A stretch of DNA of 64,000 bases from a virus (Duplodnaviria > Caudoviricetes): positions 87,106 to 151,105 of the IMG/VR virus record IMGVR_UViG_3300033076_001139; one strand, written 5' to 3'. Position 1 is the stretch's first letter, and each line of letters opens with the position of its first letter. Made by a program: the position numbers and the translations under genes. Below, one piece after another: positions 1-11,100 of this stretch. Under the pieces are notes generated by a model, which worked only from the letters and a program-made list of their open reading frames with translations, did not search any database and was not told where the DNA came from.

Positions 1-1
1 C

Positions 2-577
2 CCTGCGTACTGCTACTTACGAGTAGGTGACGTGTTTTCCTGGGCGGGAGGGGAAACAACGATCACAGCCGTAGGAACCTCTACGGCTACCCTAGCAACA
101 GACGTTGGTAGCCCCGCCACGTATGCAGTTGCGCCTAGCAGTTACTCGGCACTAACGGCCCTTCAAAAAGCCTGCGCCAGTTTCCTGGCTGCACAAGAAG
201 TTGCAGACAAGGGCTTCCGTGCTGCTGTGGGCGACCTGTCTTCTCCGCAGCGAGTGCGCGATACGATCTTTCTGCTCGCGACCATCCAAAACGGCATTAC
301 GGGGGTGTCCCCGGAAGTAGAAGAGACGCTGACACGCCTAGGACTGCCGGACCCTCCTACGACTTCCGCCATATCTTCAGCCCTCTACACGTATGCTCCC
401 GCATTACCGAGTGGCACAAAAGAGACGACAAAGAGCTGCCTCGCCTTGCTCCAGCGTGAGGGTTTTCAGCTAGCGTCTCAGAGGTTTCTAGTTGGGGATC
501 TGACATTCTTGTCTGAGGAGTCGGACAGCCAGCAGCTGTCCGGGCTCTTTACTGCGGTATCGGAGAATCGACTATGA
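2..577 (+). CDS. Hypothetical virion/baseplate-region protein (5'-truncated by window edge)
   Basis: The frame is open from position 2 with no upstream stop, so the ORF-track start at 32 is probably not the true start. Its stop overlaps the next start (ATGA). Confidence 0.55.
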   Translation, partial: PAYCYLRVGDVFSWAGGETTITAVGTSTATLATDVGSPATYAVAPSSYSALTALQKACASFLAAQEVADKGFRAAVGDLSSPQRVRDTIFLLATIQNGITGVSPEVEETLTRLGLPDPPTTSAISSALYTYAPALPSGTKETTKSCLALLQREGFQLASQRFLVGDLTFLSEESDSQQLSGLFTAVSENRL

Positions 578-861
578 GGTTCCGCCTTAACGAGACGCAG
601 CGGTTTACTGCGAATCTACGTCTGCTAGAGGACGTGCTTTCCTCAAGCATGGCCTACGCGCCGCCGCACACCGTTAGCCAGAGAGTCCTTGACGCCATCG
701 CAGAAATAGACGGGCGGCCCTACAACCAGGAAACAGGCACCTTTGCCGGGGGGCTTTCCTTGAACCCGCGTGCTAAACTACAAGTTCTAGCTATGGCCGA
801 GGCCCTCGCACTGCCCGACGGTGAGCTGCCTCCTCAATTTGCGAACTACTCCGAGGTCTGA
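574..861 (+). CDS. Hypothetical protein
   Basis: 95-aa ORF translationally coupled (ATGA) to the upstream gene. Confidence 0.6.
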   Translation: MRFRLNETQRFTANLRLLEDVLSSSMAYAPPHTVSQRVLDAIAEIDGRPYNQETGTFAGGLSLNPRAKLQVLAMAEALALPDGELPPQFANYSEV

Positions 862-863
862 GG

Positions 864-869
864 TACACT
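864..869 (+). promoter_or_regulatory. Putative -10 element TACACT, leaderless promoter
   Basis: TAnnnT hexamer exactly 6 nt before GTG 876, with no good Shine-Dalgarno at normal spacing. Same geometry at 40934 and 56061. Confidence 0.5.
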
Positions 870-875
870 CCGCCC

Positions 876-1517
876 GTGACTGACTTCCGTGCCATCTCCT
901 ACCAAGGACTGACGTTCCCAACCTCGTACCGGCAAAGTGCCGACGCGGAGTTTTTGGATATCCGTGGCACCGGTTTTGAGGATGTCGCCAACGTCGTGAT
1001 CAATGGGTACCGTTCCCCCAACTTCATCGTAGAGTCCTCACGGCGCATCTTCGCGGAAGTGCCGAGCGCTGTACGGGGAGAGCCCGTAAGCGACATTCAG
1101 GTCCTACTTCTGTCTGCGGCGGCCGGGCAGGAGAGCGCGGTAGTTTTGGATGTAGGCGGAGGCAACGGCTACGTGTCCGGCACCGCCAAGCTGCTTCAGA
1201 CAGTGATCAAGGTACTGCTGACTACGCCGGGATCGGACCTCTTCAACCCGCAGTTGGGCGGTGGTTTGCGTTCTGTACTCGGATCAAACTTCAATGACGT
1301 AAATTCCGCAGAGTCGCGTGTAAGGCAGGCCATCTCCAATACGGAAAGCCAGCTCCAAGCCCTACATGCCGGGATGCCTCGCCTTCCACTTGCAGAGAAA
1401 CTACGGAGCATTTCGGTGTTGTCCGTAAACATCTCTATTGACGATAGTGCCCTCTACGCACGAATTGCGGTGACGTCTCAGGACGGGAATCGCGTATCCT
1501 CTGGAGTCACGCTGTAA
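876..1517 (+). CDS. Baseplate wedge protein, gp25/GpW-like C-terminal domain with IPT/TIG-like N-terminus
   Basis: C-terminal 'KLLQTVIKVLLTTPGSDLFNPQLGGGL' fits the gp25 pattern (L.T..Ge....P.fG..l). N-terminal 'IRGTGF...VVING' is IPT-like. Lies directly upstream of a baseplate-J-like gene. Confidence 0.7.
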   Translation: MTDFRAISYQGLTFPTSYRQSADAEFLDIRGTGFEDVANVVINGYRSPNFIVESSRRIFAEVPSAVRGEPVSDIQVLLLSAAAGQESAVVLDVGGGNGYVSGTAKLLQTVIKVLLTTPGSDLFNPQLGGGLRSVLGSNFNDVNSAESRVRQAISNTESQLQALHAGMPRLPLAEKLRSISVLSVNISIDDSALYARIAVTSQDGNRVSSGVTL

Positions 1518-4500
1518 TGGCTACACAAGCTGAACGTGTCCAGGAGCTGCTGATTCAGCGGCTTGAGACGTACTACTCGGGTCGCACGATTGCCCCCGGC
1601 ACCTCGCTATACGACACAGTCGTCACTCCTGTCGCCAACTATCTGGGCGTTGATGCAACGGATACCGACATTGCCGAGTTCCTGAAGACGCGTCTACGCC
1701 AGGAGTACCCCTCTGTATCTGCCGAAGATGGCGATGCTATTGTCGACCTATTGATCAACCCGCTTAGCCTGCTCCTTGAAGCACTGAAGCGGGAGACTGC
1801 GCTCATCAAACTTGGCCAGTCGGTGCAGTCCGCTGTTTCGATGCGTGAGTCAGATGCAGACGCACTTGCGGCCAACTTCTTTGTCAGCCGCCGCGTCGGC
1901 GGCAAGGCATACGGCGTTGTGCGGGTGTACTACGCCAACCCCACCTCCGTGTTCGTCGGGGTAAATGCCCGGTGGACTACGGCAGACGGCCTTGTATTTC
2001 AGCCTGTCACGTCACAGACGTTTCCCGCAGAGCAGCTGCTCCTACAACGAGCAGGAAACTACTACTATATTGACGTGTCTCTTGTCAGTGCCGATACCGG
2101 CGCGCAGTACAACATCGGGCCGAACCAGCTTACGAGTGTCACTGGCCTTTCTGGGTATGTGAAGTTCACAAACCTAGCCGCGTTTGCCGGGGCCTCAGAT
2201 CGAGAAACAAACGTAGAGCTGCTTACGCGTGTCCGTTCCGCGTTGACGGAGCGCTCTCTAAATACTCGGCGCGGAATTGTGTCTCGTATTCAGGGGCAGT
2301 TCCCCTCGGTGCGTGCCGTGGAGGTCGTTGGGTACGGCGACCCGGAGATGCGGCGTGACGTGGTTACTGGAACTTCCGAGGGGCACGCGGTAGCCTCCGG
2401 CACCTGCTTTATCGTAGGTCAGTTCTGCCTGATGCTTTCGCAGTTTGAGGACCGAGGACGGGACGGCACAACAACAATAAAGGTAGGGGATACCGTTGCG
2501 CTGAACTACTGGAACCTCCTCTACTCGCTGCCGCAGGCGGCACGCAATGAGGAGTTCAAGATCGCGGATATCGTGTTTGACACCCGCGATACTTTACCGG
2601 ATATCCCGTCGATTCTGTTGTTCCGGCTTGATTCCGCCCCGTCTCCGGAAAGCAGCACGCTCGGCATGTTGCCGGGTATGCTGCCGGGTGTTTTCTGCGT
2701 AGTTCGCTCGAACACCAAGATCACGATCTCAGGAATCCCTGGAGGAATCCAGGAGCCACAGACCCCTGCCGGCGAGCTGGAGATCTTCGACAATGAAGTG
2801 CATATTGGCGGGCATTACGACGTCTGGCTTCGCCCGAGCATAGATCAGTCTGCGACCGCTACGTTCGGGCAGATGCTGTCCAATTCAAGCGTCGCGGAGG
2901 GACGCCAGCTCTCGACCTTTGGCGGCGCAGACACCGGCAGAAACGTAGTATCTATTCCCTACTCTGTGTCTTTCAGGGACGGGTTTAGCAGCTCGTCTAC
3001 CATCTTCACCCCCGGCACCGCCGTAGTTGGGTCGCGTAGCGGGGCAACCGCTACAGTTGCTACGGCGTCAATTATCCGTGCGACCGGCTCTGTTACGCTC
3101 ACGGCAGTTACCGGTGCGTTTGAGGTAGGTGAGGAGATTACCAACGTTGCGGCTACGGCGGGAGGGACGATCACCTACGTATCCTCTGACCTACAGACGC
3201 TGGGCGCACGCGCGGGCATGACCATCGTCCTTCTCACCGGAGCAGACGTTGGGTCGTACCGGATTCTAGATGTCGTAGGCGAGTTGGTCTACCTAGATAC
3301 GGACCTGACAGAGTCAGAAACGCAGATACACTTCCGCGTCCTATCCGAGATTACGGAGGACCTGTTCGCACCCAAGGTTGTGCTTGTGCCATTCGCGGAC
3401 GCGCTTGGGGATGACCTATCTACCGTAGTAGGCTCTCAGCGTCTTCGCCTGACAACTGATCTCCAGCAGTACGGCGTCGTTCCGGGAGACTCTATCGAGA
3501 TCTTTGGCGGCAACGATGCCGGTGTCTACGCGATTCAGTCGTTCGATACGGTACTCGGCGGTACTGCGCCAATTGTTAGCAGTGCTATGAGCGCGTCTAA
3601 CTCGAAGCTGGCCTACCGGGTTTACCGCGCAGGAACTGGCGTTCAGCGCCCCCTTGTGCGCATCAAGCCAGAGGGCGTGCGCCTCCTTGATTCAGCAGGC
3701 AAGGACGCCAACATTGTTGTGCCGTACGCCCTGCCTCTTGGGGCGTATGCTCTTGGAGATTTCTCTGGAGCAAAGGAAGGACTCACTGGCCGCAACGGTT
3801 TCGTGCTACCCGACCCGGGCACTTCATGGACCCCTACGGCAGATCTTACAGCCAGCCGGGATGAGTTCTCAGAAGCACTGTCCTGTTACTCCGACGAATG
3901 TATTCCGTGCGACGGGTACATCGCTGTCGTGACGCTAATGGCAAATGGGCAGTTCTACCTGAACTCCAACATGCCGACAGCGGTAAAAGAGTTCTTCAGG
4001 AACATGCAGAACTGGCTACTCAACGTCGTAGATCAGTTCAATATTGGGCCAGATGCCAAGGCCTTTGTGCACGGCCTCACGCCCATCACGTTTGGCTCCC
4101 CTGTCGACGCAACAGAGTTCACAAGTACCGACGGAACCCTTCGCGCGGGCGAGACGCTCACAGTCGGATCTGTGAGCGCAACAATCTCCGATATTGAGCA
4201 GGAACTCGTGGTTGCATCCACGGCGGGGTTCAAGGACGGAGAGACGGTTACGCAGGGGAGTATGACGGGCTCTATTCGAGTCACGTCACCTACGACCCTG
4301 TCTGTCTCCTCAATCACCGGCCCGGCGGCAGATGCGTTCCGAGTTGGTACGCCCGTTACCGGGGGAGCGACAGGGACAACCCAAACTCTAACGGGTGTTC
4401 GCGGTCGCTTTGTCGTTGCGGGGATGACCGGGGGTTCTATTGCTAGCGGCGACACTGTCAGCGCCACCGCCACCGGAGTGCAGGCCACAATTACGATTCT

Positions 4501-7500
4501 TGTCGTGCCGGTGGCTCAGTTTGAAATTTGCCTACCCGGAGAGATGTTTGACGGGTGCAACAACGTGTTTGTTGCCCTCCCGGAGTTTGATTGGGAGGCC
4601 CTCCTTGCAACGACGGATACATTCGCAGAGGCGGTCAGCAAATATACGACGGGCCAGCTTTTCGGCCCCCCTCCTGCGCTAGCAACGGCCAAGCCCGGTG
4701 ACGTTGTGTCTTTGCTTGCCGGCGCAAACGAGGGCCAGTACTCGATACACTCGGTCAAGAACTATAAAGTCGGCACTGCTGGGGCAATTGTTTCTGGTAC
4801 GACCGACTTTACCAAGTTCTACCCAGTTACGGCGGTCGTGATTGACGGGGAGTTCCCAGTAGCCGCGTTTGGGGACCTAGCCTCTTTCTTTGCTGACGGG
4901 ATTCCAGACCTTGCAGCACTGCCGGTTCCCAACGATTTCCCAGGCATCTCTTACGATGAGACGGGGATGATCCAGTCTCCTTGGGACTGGATTGGGCAGT
5001 TCCTTACGTGGCTGTTCCGATTCCTAGACTCGATGGGCTTTGATCTCCCAGAGACGTTTAGTATCGACCCTGCGGAGACCATCAAAACGCTCTGGCAGAT
5101 GCTGTTTACGGAGTACCGAGTCGGTCGCCGTACGGCAGACCAGACTGTCCGACTCTATTTTCAGGAGCCAACTTCCATTTCAGTTTTTGGTCCTCGGCCG
5201 TGTCGTAGATTCGTTTACGACGAGCCTGTGTACGCCCCAGCATCGATAACAACGACATATACGGCTACTACTATACCAAGCACTCCGACAGGGGGCGTTA
5301 TCTCTGTCGAGTACACGGCTATGTCAACCCCTGCTGCGGCAGGGTATCTGCTCACCGTTGAAGTACACACCAACGTCGTTGACGGCGGCTATACCGGTGT
5401 TTCTGGGACCTATACGGCCGCTGCGGGAGACCTCAACAAGACCGCCGAAGAACTAGCTCCACTTATTCAGGCGCAGATCGATCCCTCGGGCAGCTTTGTG
5501 CTTATCACGGGCTCTGCCGGGACAATTACGTTTGAGTCGGTTGCAAAAGGAAGTGATGTACAGACCCTGATCTCTCTCACAGACTTTACGACTGCGGGTG
5601 TCTTTCCATCGGACATGGAGACTCTTGGGACGGGGACAACTCCACCAACGGGAGTACTTACCGTTGCAGTGATGTCCACCTACGCCAACAACTCTGGCAC
5701 CTTTACAGCTGTTGCAGGGGACTTAAATAAGCCCGCTGCGGAACTTGCCGCGCTGATACAAACAGCAGTGGATGCGTCGCGCCTGTTTGTACTAGTAAGT
5801 GCGAATATTGCCACAAACGAGATTACTTTTGCCTCGGCGGAGAAGGGACAAGACGTCGTGCTGCTGCTGTCGTGCGGCGACTTTGTAGATGCAGGGGTGT
5901 TCTCGATGGACACAGAGACCTCCGCTACTGGCTCTAGCACCGCAGGTACGGTGATTACTCAAATCTACGAGCCGCATGCGCCGACGCTGTTCTCGGTCCC
6001 TGTGGGGTCGGAGCAGTTGCTATTTACGGCGTCTGCGGACGTTGCCCCTGTGCGCCTGTTCCCAAGCGCACAGGAAGTAGCAGGAGAGGATCCTCCGTTG
6101 CTGCCACGGGACTGCCGTATCCCTACAGCGCATACGGATGCTACAGCGCTACGGCTGACGTTTACGGAGCAGAATGGCGAGTCCTGGTTCTACCGTGGTC
6201 TTGAGCAAGGAGATCTTTTCCAGCTCTTTGAGCAAAAAGTAATGCTCAAGCCCACGCTAGACCCTGTGCCTGGCGGGGCTCTGGAGCGGTTTCCTGCCTT
6301 GATCACCACGGCCGGCTCCGCCAGCGTGCGGCTACCTGCACTCTACTCCCCAGAGTTCACATTCCTTACCCCAGCTCGCTGGATGGATGAGGACGTATTT
6401 GACTCGTTTGACGTCGTGCAGGTGGGGGACCTCCTCTACATTGAAGAGGGTGACGACACAGGCGTTTACCGTATCAGCAGCCGAGTATCCGCAAGTGAAC
6501 TAGTGCTAGATAGGCCGCTTACGACCAGCAGCGGCACTGTCTACTTTAGCGGCAACAGAAGCGAAGTAGACATTTCGGACCCGCTAATTACAAACCGCGT
6601 TGTTGTACGAAGCGTCGGAGGGACGCTGAACTCTTCGTACGTGGGTAAGTACCTAACAATCTGGGGATCTAACTACGCAGGGGTGGACGGCAGCTACGAA
6701 ATCACCGCCATCAGCGCCGTGGATGACGGGTACCAGCTTACGTTAGCTTCCGCGGATCTACAAAACCCGGAGATGGGACTTCACTGGGCTATTGTTCGCG
6801 CACCAAACACAACCCCTGCCGATTCTGCCTTGGGAGGTAAGACCGAACTTGTAGGCGTACGCCCCTTCCGTATCTATTCTGGGCGCGCAAAAGAATGGCC
6901 TGTTGTAGCCGTAGAGCGCACGCTCGATGCGTCTGCTTGCTCAGTGCTAATTTCCATTGCGGAGGAGATTACCTCCTCAGGCGCATCAGATCCTACGGAG
7001 CCCACACCCCGCGCCCCGCGTTTTGGGTTCCGCCAACCTTACGGCTTTGTACGCAATAGCGCGCAGCACATCTCCTCCACCGGAATGATGACGCAGCGCG
7101 AGGGGACACTCTACTACTTTGACGTGGTAGCGCACTCCCTTGACTCTCGTGACTTGAACAACATTACCCGAGGCACGAGGCTAGAACCTGTATTCGGGAC
7201 GTATGACTCTGACGGCTACTACCTGACCGTGAGCGACGCGAACTACACGTTCTCTCCGCTGGAGCAGGTGCAGATAACCCTGACTCCTCGTATGCTCCCG
7301 GCGGGCAGGGATGACACAGCAGAAAACCTGCTTCTGATTGCCGGTAGGCGTGTCACAGTTCAGTATCAGCTAGCCCCGGCAGTCGCGCAGGTTCAGGATC
7401 TTCTGCGTAGCCAGGCCGATCGTGTGCTCTGCGCAAATCCTCTTGCACGTCATTTCTTGCCGTCGTACGTCTCGTTTACGGTCGCGCCCAGCGTAGTAGC

Positions 7501-7837
7501 CGAGGATGCGCAGCTCATCGCTACCAAGATCTCGGATTACATCGACGGCCTGTCGTCTACTCAGTATGTCGAGCTATCTAAGATCGAGGGCGTGATGCAG
7601 TCGGGCGGGATCACGGACTACTCCCACCCGATCTACATGTACGCGGTAGCCCACGACCTAGACCGACGGCTTGTGTTGACAAGGTCGGAGAGCAGGATTG
7701 GGGACGTTATAAACCACAACGGAACCAACAAGATCACCTACTACATTCCCGGCCCGTCGGGCACTAGCGCCCCGACTGGAGCAGGCGAAGCAATCACAGT
7801 CCTCTCTACTGGGACAGCTACGGCGACTCTACAGTGA
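1517..7837 (+). CDS. Giant baseplate J-like protein (2106 aa)
   Basis: N-terminal ~280 aa has J-like motifs ('DALAANFFVSRRVGGKAYGVVRVY', 'GAQYNIGPNQL', 'AFAGASDRETNVELLTRVR'). The rest is a long beta-rich region with repeated GD.l.i..G.n.G.Y.I modules. Follows the gp25-like gene. Confidence 0.75.
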   Translation: MATQAERVQELLIQRLETYYSGRTIAPGTSLYDTVVTPVANYLGVDATDTDIAEFLKTRLRQEYPSVSAEDGDAIVDLLINPLSLLLEALKRETALIKLGQSVQSAVSMRESDADALAANFFVSRRVGGKAYGVVRVYYANPTSVFVGVNARWTTADGLVFQPVTSQTFPAEQLLLQRAGNYYYIDVSLVSADTGAQYNIGPNQLTSVTGLSGYVKFTNLAAFAGASDRETNVELLTRVRSALTERSLNTRRGIVSRIQGQFPSVRAVEVVGYGDPEMRRDVVTGTSEGHAVASGTCFIVGQFCLMLSQFEDRGRDGTTTIKVGDTVALNYWNLLYSLPQAARNEEFKIADIVFDTRDTLPDIPSILLFRLDSAPSPESSTLGMLPGMLPGVFCVVRSNTKITISGIPGGIQEPQTPAGELEIFDNEVHIGGHYDVWLRPSIDQSATATFGQMLSNSSVAEGRQLSTFGGADTGRNVVSIPYSVSFRDGFSSSSTIFTPGTAVVGSRSGATATVATASIIRATGSVTLTAVTGAFEVGEEITNVAATAGGTITYVSSDLQTLGARAGMTIVLLTGADVGSYRILDVVGELVYLDTDLTESETQIHFRVLSEITEDLFAPKVVLVPFADALGDDLSTVVGSQRLRLTTDLQQYGVVPGDSIEIFGGNDAGVYAIQSFDTVLGGTAPIVSSAMSASNSKLAYRVYRAGTGVQRPLVRIKPEGVRLLDSAGKDANIVVPYALPLGAYALGDFSGAKEGLTGRNGFVLPDPGTSWTPTADLTASRDEFSEALSCYSDECIPCDGYIAVVTLMANGQFYLNSNMPTAVKEFFRNMQNWLLNVVDQFNIGPDAKAFVHGLTPITFGSPVDATEFTSTDGTLRAGETLTVGSVSATISDIEQELVVASTAGFKDGETVTQGSMTGSIRVTSPTTLSVSSITGPAADAFRVGTPVTGGATGTTQTLTGVRGRFVVAGMTGGSIASGDTVSATATGVQATITILVVPVAQFEICLPGEMFDGCNNVFVALPEFDWEALLATTDTFAEAVSKYTTGQLFGPPPALATAKPGDVVSLLAGANEGQYSIHSVKNYKVGTAGAIVSGTTDFTKFYPVTAVVIDGEFPVAAFGDLASFFADGIPDLAALPVPNDFPGISYDETGMIQSPWDWIGQFLTWLFRFLDSMGFDLPETFSIDPAETIKTLWQMLFTEYRVGRRTADQTVRLYFQEPTSISVFGPRPCRRFVYDEPVYAPASITTTYTATTIPSTPTGGVISVEYTAMSTPAAAGYLLTVEVHTNVVDGGYTGVSGTYTAAAGDLNKTAEELAPLIQAQIDPSGSFVLITGSAGTITFESVAKGSDVQTLISLTDFTTAGVFPSDMETLGTGTTPPTGVLTVAVMSTYANNSGTFTAVAGDLNKPAAELAALIQTAVDASRLFVLVSANIATNEITFASAEKGQDVVLLLSCGDFVDAGVFSMDTETSATGSSTAGTVITQIYEPHAPTLFSVPVGSEQLLFTASADVAPVRLFPSAQEVAGEDPPLLPRDCRIPTAHTDATALRLTFTEQNGESWFYRGLEQGDLFQLFEQKVMLKPTLDPVPGGALERFPALITTAGSASVRLPALYSPEFTFLTPARWMDEDVFDSFDVVQVGDLLYIEEGDDTGVYRISSRVSASELVLDRPLTTSSGTVYFSGNRSEVDISDPLITNRVVVRSVGGTLNSSYVGKYLTIWGSNYAGVDGSYEITAISAVDDGYQLTLASADLQNPEMGLHWAIVRAPNTTPADSALGGKTELVGVRPFRIYSGRAKEWPVVAVERTLDASACSVLISIAEEITSSGASDPTEPTPRAPRFGFRQPYGFVRNSAQHISSTGMMTQREGTLYYFDVVAHSLDSRDLNNITRGTRLEPVFGTYDSDGYYLTVSDANYTFSPLEQVQITLTPRMLPAGRDDTAENLLLIAGRRVTVQYQLAPAVAQVQDLLRSQADRVLCANPLARHFLPSYVSFTVAPSVVAEDAQLIATKISDYIDGLSSTQYVELSKIEGVMQSGGITDYSHPIYMYAVAHDLDRRLVLTRSESRIGDVINHNGTNKITYYIPGPSGTSAPTGAGEAITVLSTGTATATLQ
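5340..5945 (+). repeat. Internal tandem duplication (~97 aa) in baseplate J-like protein
   Basis: 'TYTAAAGDLNKTAEELAPLIQAQIDPSGSFVLI...ITFESVAKGSDV...DFTTAGVF' versus 'TFTAVAGDLNKPAAELAALIQTAVDASRLFVLV...ITFASAEKGQDV...DFVDAGVF'. The GDLNK codons are at 5426 and 5717 (291 nt apart). Confidence 0.8.
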
Positions 7838-8066
7838 CCTTCCGGCAGTACCCGCACCTCCCTTGGTACACGAGGCCTTTGCCCCGAAACAGTACTTCGG
7901 GCTTGGGGTGCGGCACTGGTTGGAGGTAATTACCGCAGGCCGGGCACGTTACTTGGCGTATCCGAGCCTTCTCCGCGTCGTTCGCCTGAGAAACGCCTTC
8001 AATGCTGCTTTTGTGGTCCTTGAGTAAATCAAGCAGAAGATCGGCAGGAAGGGGAGTGAATTCCAC
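7818..8066 (-). CDS. Small zinc-ribbon protein
   Basis: CPACG...CGYC motif and a GGAG Shine-Dalgarno upstream of GTG. Fills the gap between two + strand tail genes. Confidence 0.65.
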   Translation of the reverse strand: MEFTPLPADLLLDLLKDHKSSIEGVSQANDAEKARIRQVTCPACGNYLQPVPHPKPEVLFRGKGLVYQGRCGYCRKVTVESP

Positions 8067-8077
8067 TGAAACTCCAA

Positions 8078-8083
8078 TAGAAT
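8078..8083 (+). promoter_or_regulatory. Putative -10 element TAGAAT
   Basis: Near-consensus sigma70-type -10 about 20 nt upstream of ATG 8103, followed by SD AGGAG. Confidence 0.45.
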
Positions 8084-8102
8084 GCGGTGGAGAGGAGCGC
8101 AG

Positions 8103-11100
8103 ATGTCGGTCAGTATCGTACTAGCCCCAGCCGAGTTCGTTACGAGCCCGGGGGTTGCTGTCCGCCTTAACGCGTCGTCCTCGTACGATAGTGGCGGTGA
8201 AGTCATCAGTTTTACGTGGGAGTTTACGCAGATCCCCGTAGGCAGCCGCCTTACAGCAGCAGACATCGCATCTGCTGATCTTGAAAACAGCGTCGTCATC
8301 TTCACCCCAGACCAGGTGGGGACCTACGTCGTACAGCTGACGATTGAGAACGAAAGCGGCGCAACAGCCGTGGCAACCTCTACGGTAATGAGCCAGTACT
8401 CCCTTGGGTTTACCAAGGAGCCTACGACTCCCGATGCGTCGTACGTGTTCTCCCTCATTCCAGACTTCTGGAAGAGCGTCGCAAACAACGAGGTCTTCTC
8501 AGTCCTGTGGTCTGGCTATACGCAGGTGGTCGGTACGGACATTTCGCGTGCCTACCAGAACAGCGATGCTAAGTCACTAGCCACAGTCCGAGGCCTGTAC
8601 GAGCGCCGGTGGCTCCCGTATCACCCGTTCTACTCGCTAGAGGGGGTAAACTACACGGCAATCGTTGGGGACGTTCAAGGCGGCCTAGGTGCGCGGACTA
8701 CGGATGATTCGCAAGCCGCAACTGCCGTCGTAATCAGCCATCAAGAACTCCTGCTGTTGGGTGACGTACCGTCGGAGCGAGCCGTTGGGCAGCAAGTGGT
8801 CATCTCCTCCGGCGGAAACGCAGGAAGCTACTCCGTTCTTCGCGTGAACTCAGACAACACAGGATACGTTGTTCAGCGCAGTTCTTTGTCTCCCGCCGCA
8901 GACACCATTACGGCTGGATCAGATCTCTATGGCGTACGGACGTCCCCAGTATTTACCTCTGCAACAGTCGACTTTGTAGCCGCTGGTGTCGTAGCCGGGG
9001 ATGTTCTTAAGCTCGTAGCAGGGGCCGACTCCGGCTACTACATCGTGCAAAAGGTTGGCCTGGCAGATGGTCTGTTGAGCGACCGACAGGTTCAAATAGA
9101 GACCTCCCTGATTCGCAACAGAACCGGACTGTCGTTCACGGTTCTGCGTCCGTGCGCTCTATCGGTAGACTTCCCGGGTGCGGCCTACTCAACCCGCGTC
9201 TACCTGCCCACCGCAGAGGCAGACCTAGCTAAGTACCAGGCCCCCACATTCTCGGGCTCGGGAAACGTCCGTGGGTCCTATGAGATCGCGGTCGCACCAC
9301 GCCACGTCTTTGACTCCATGGTCGGCAAGCAGATCCTTGTCACTTCTGGGCCAGATGGTGGAGCAACTTTTGTAATCAGTGGAATAAATGGGGCAAGAGA
9401 CGGGTACTTCTTGTCCTCAGCCTTATCGGCTGGGCCAGGGGCGTCCTTCTCTTACGTGCTCTCCGCGCCCTACGAGATCACAGATAGGCTGATAACGGTT
9501 GGCGGGGTCACCGCGCCTATCCTCGGAGCAACTCTATCTGGGTCCGACTGGGTAATCACGGTCCCTTCTGAAACGGTGCCTGCGGGTCTGTCCAGCGCAG
9601 CGTGGTACATCGGCCACGTATGCACGCTGACGGGGACAGACATTGAAGAGCAAGGCGCAAGCCCTGGGGATGTTCTAGTTCTCACCGCGCGGGAAACACG
9701 CACAGGGTACGCAACAGAGATCTCGGCTGCGGTGTTGGGCGCGTATGCAAACAAAGTCATGTTTGCTAACGGCACCCGCATGCCGACTTTGTTTTCCGGC
9801 AGCCCAGCTATCTCAGAGTTTACTGATGCGGAGAAGTACAAGTTCTTCAACGACTTGCTCGTTCCGACGGCCTCCTACGATGCGGCAACTGAAACTGTCA
9901 CGCTATCCCGGGTAGCTCTTTCCGTAGCGGCCGAAATAGGCTCGTTAGCCTTTCAGACGCGCAACTACAATTTGCCCCTCAGCGATGAGACGATAATTAC
10001 GGCCGATGCCGTGTCAGTCGTAGTCACGCTTGGCGGGTTGCTTCGCAATACGAAGATCAAAGTAGATAACTACCTGCGCAGTGCCCCCGCCTTGTTCGAG
10101 TACATACGAGATCCCGTGTTCCAGCAAAATGGGGCTTCCTTCACGGTAGCTGCACAGGACGGCACAACGACAGATCTCGCTCGTGCTCCAGCGGTGCTCC
10201 AGCATAACGACGAGTATGTCATCGACTATGACCTAGTTCTAAGGGGCTCCGACGCTTCGGTTATAGCCGGCGCAGACACTGTCACAATCCCAGACATCCG
10301 GCTTCTGAGCATCGGCGTCACAGCAGGCGACATGCTTAAGTTGCGGATTGGCTCTGCTTTTGGGAACTACGTAATCTGCAAGGTAACTGGGGAAGCAACG
10401 GTTGTGGTTAGGCCCACAGTGGGGGCGTCTACGACCTTTACGGCCACGAAAACGGGGCTTCATTACGAGATCGTTCGCAGGAAGGACTTTAACTTCCTTC
10501 GTATGCTGCCAGGGGTGTTCTCCAGTGCCCATGCAGCGCCTCGGCATCTTTGGGCAGAAATCTCCCTATTCGACAACTCACCCACTATTGAAGCCAACTT
10601 TGGAACTCTCGTAGGCATCACTAAGGCCGAGCTGGACGCGTACGGTACCTCTCAGGATTCCTACCTCACCGTGGTGCGGGGGCTTGCATATGGGCTGACG
10701 CACGGTCCCACCCTACTAAACGTAGTGACCTCCGCAAACTTGTTGCTTGGTGTCCCGGTTTCTCCAAAGACTGGAATTGTCTACGACATAGATGAGGAGT
10801 TTTCAGTCTCGCACGGCCGTATGACATTACAAGACATCTCTGACGACGGCATCCCTCAGGCGTCGTATCGGTCGTTCCTATACGCGCGGGAAGGGCACGC
10901 AGCTCCTGGGTTCTACGGGCTGGCCGTAAACCCGTTGACCGGTGCCTCCCTGTCCGTAGGGGATGTGGTCTTAGACAATCAGATCCTTTCGAGGGCTGTG
11001 GCCGTTACGGATTACGTAGATGATCCGAACTGGTGGCGTCGTTACGGATCGCTGAGCGGAAGAGAGCTAGAGAAGTACCATTCTTGGGAGGTCGTGGGAG

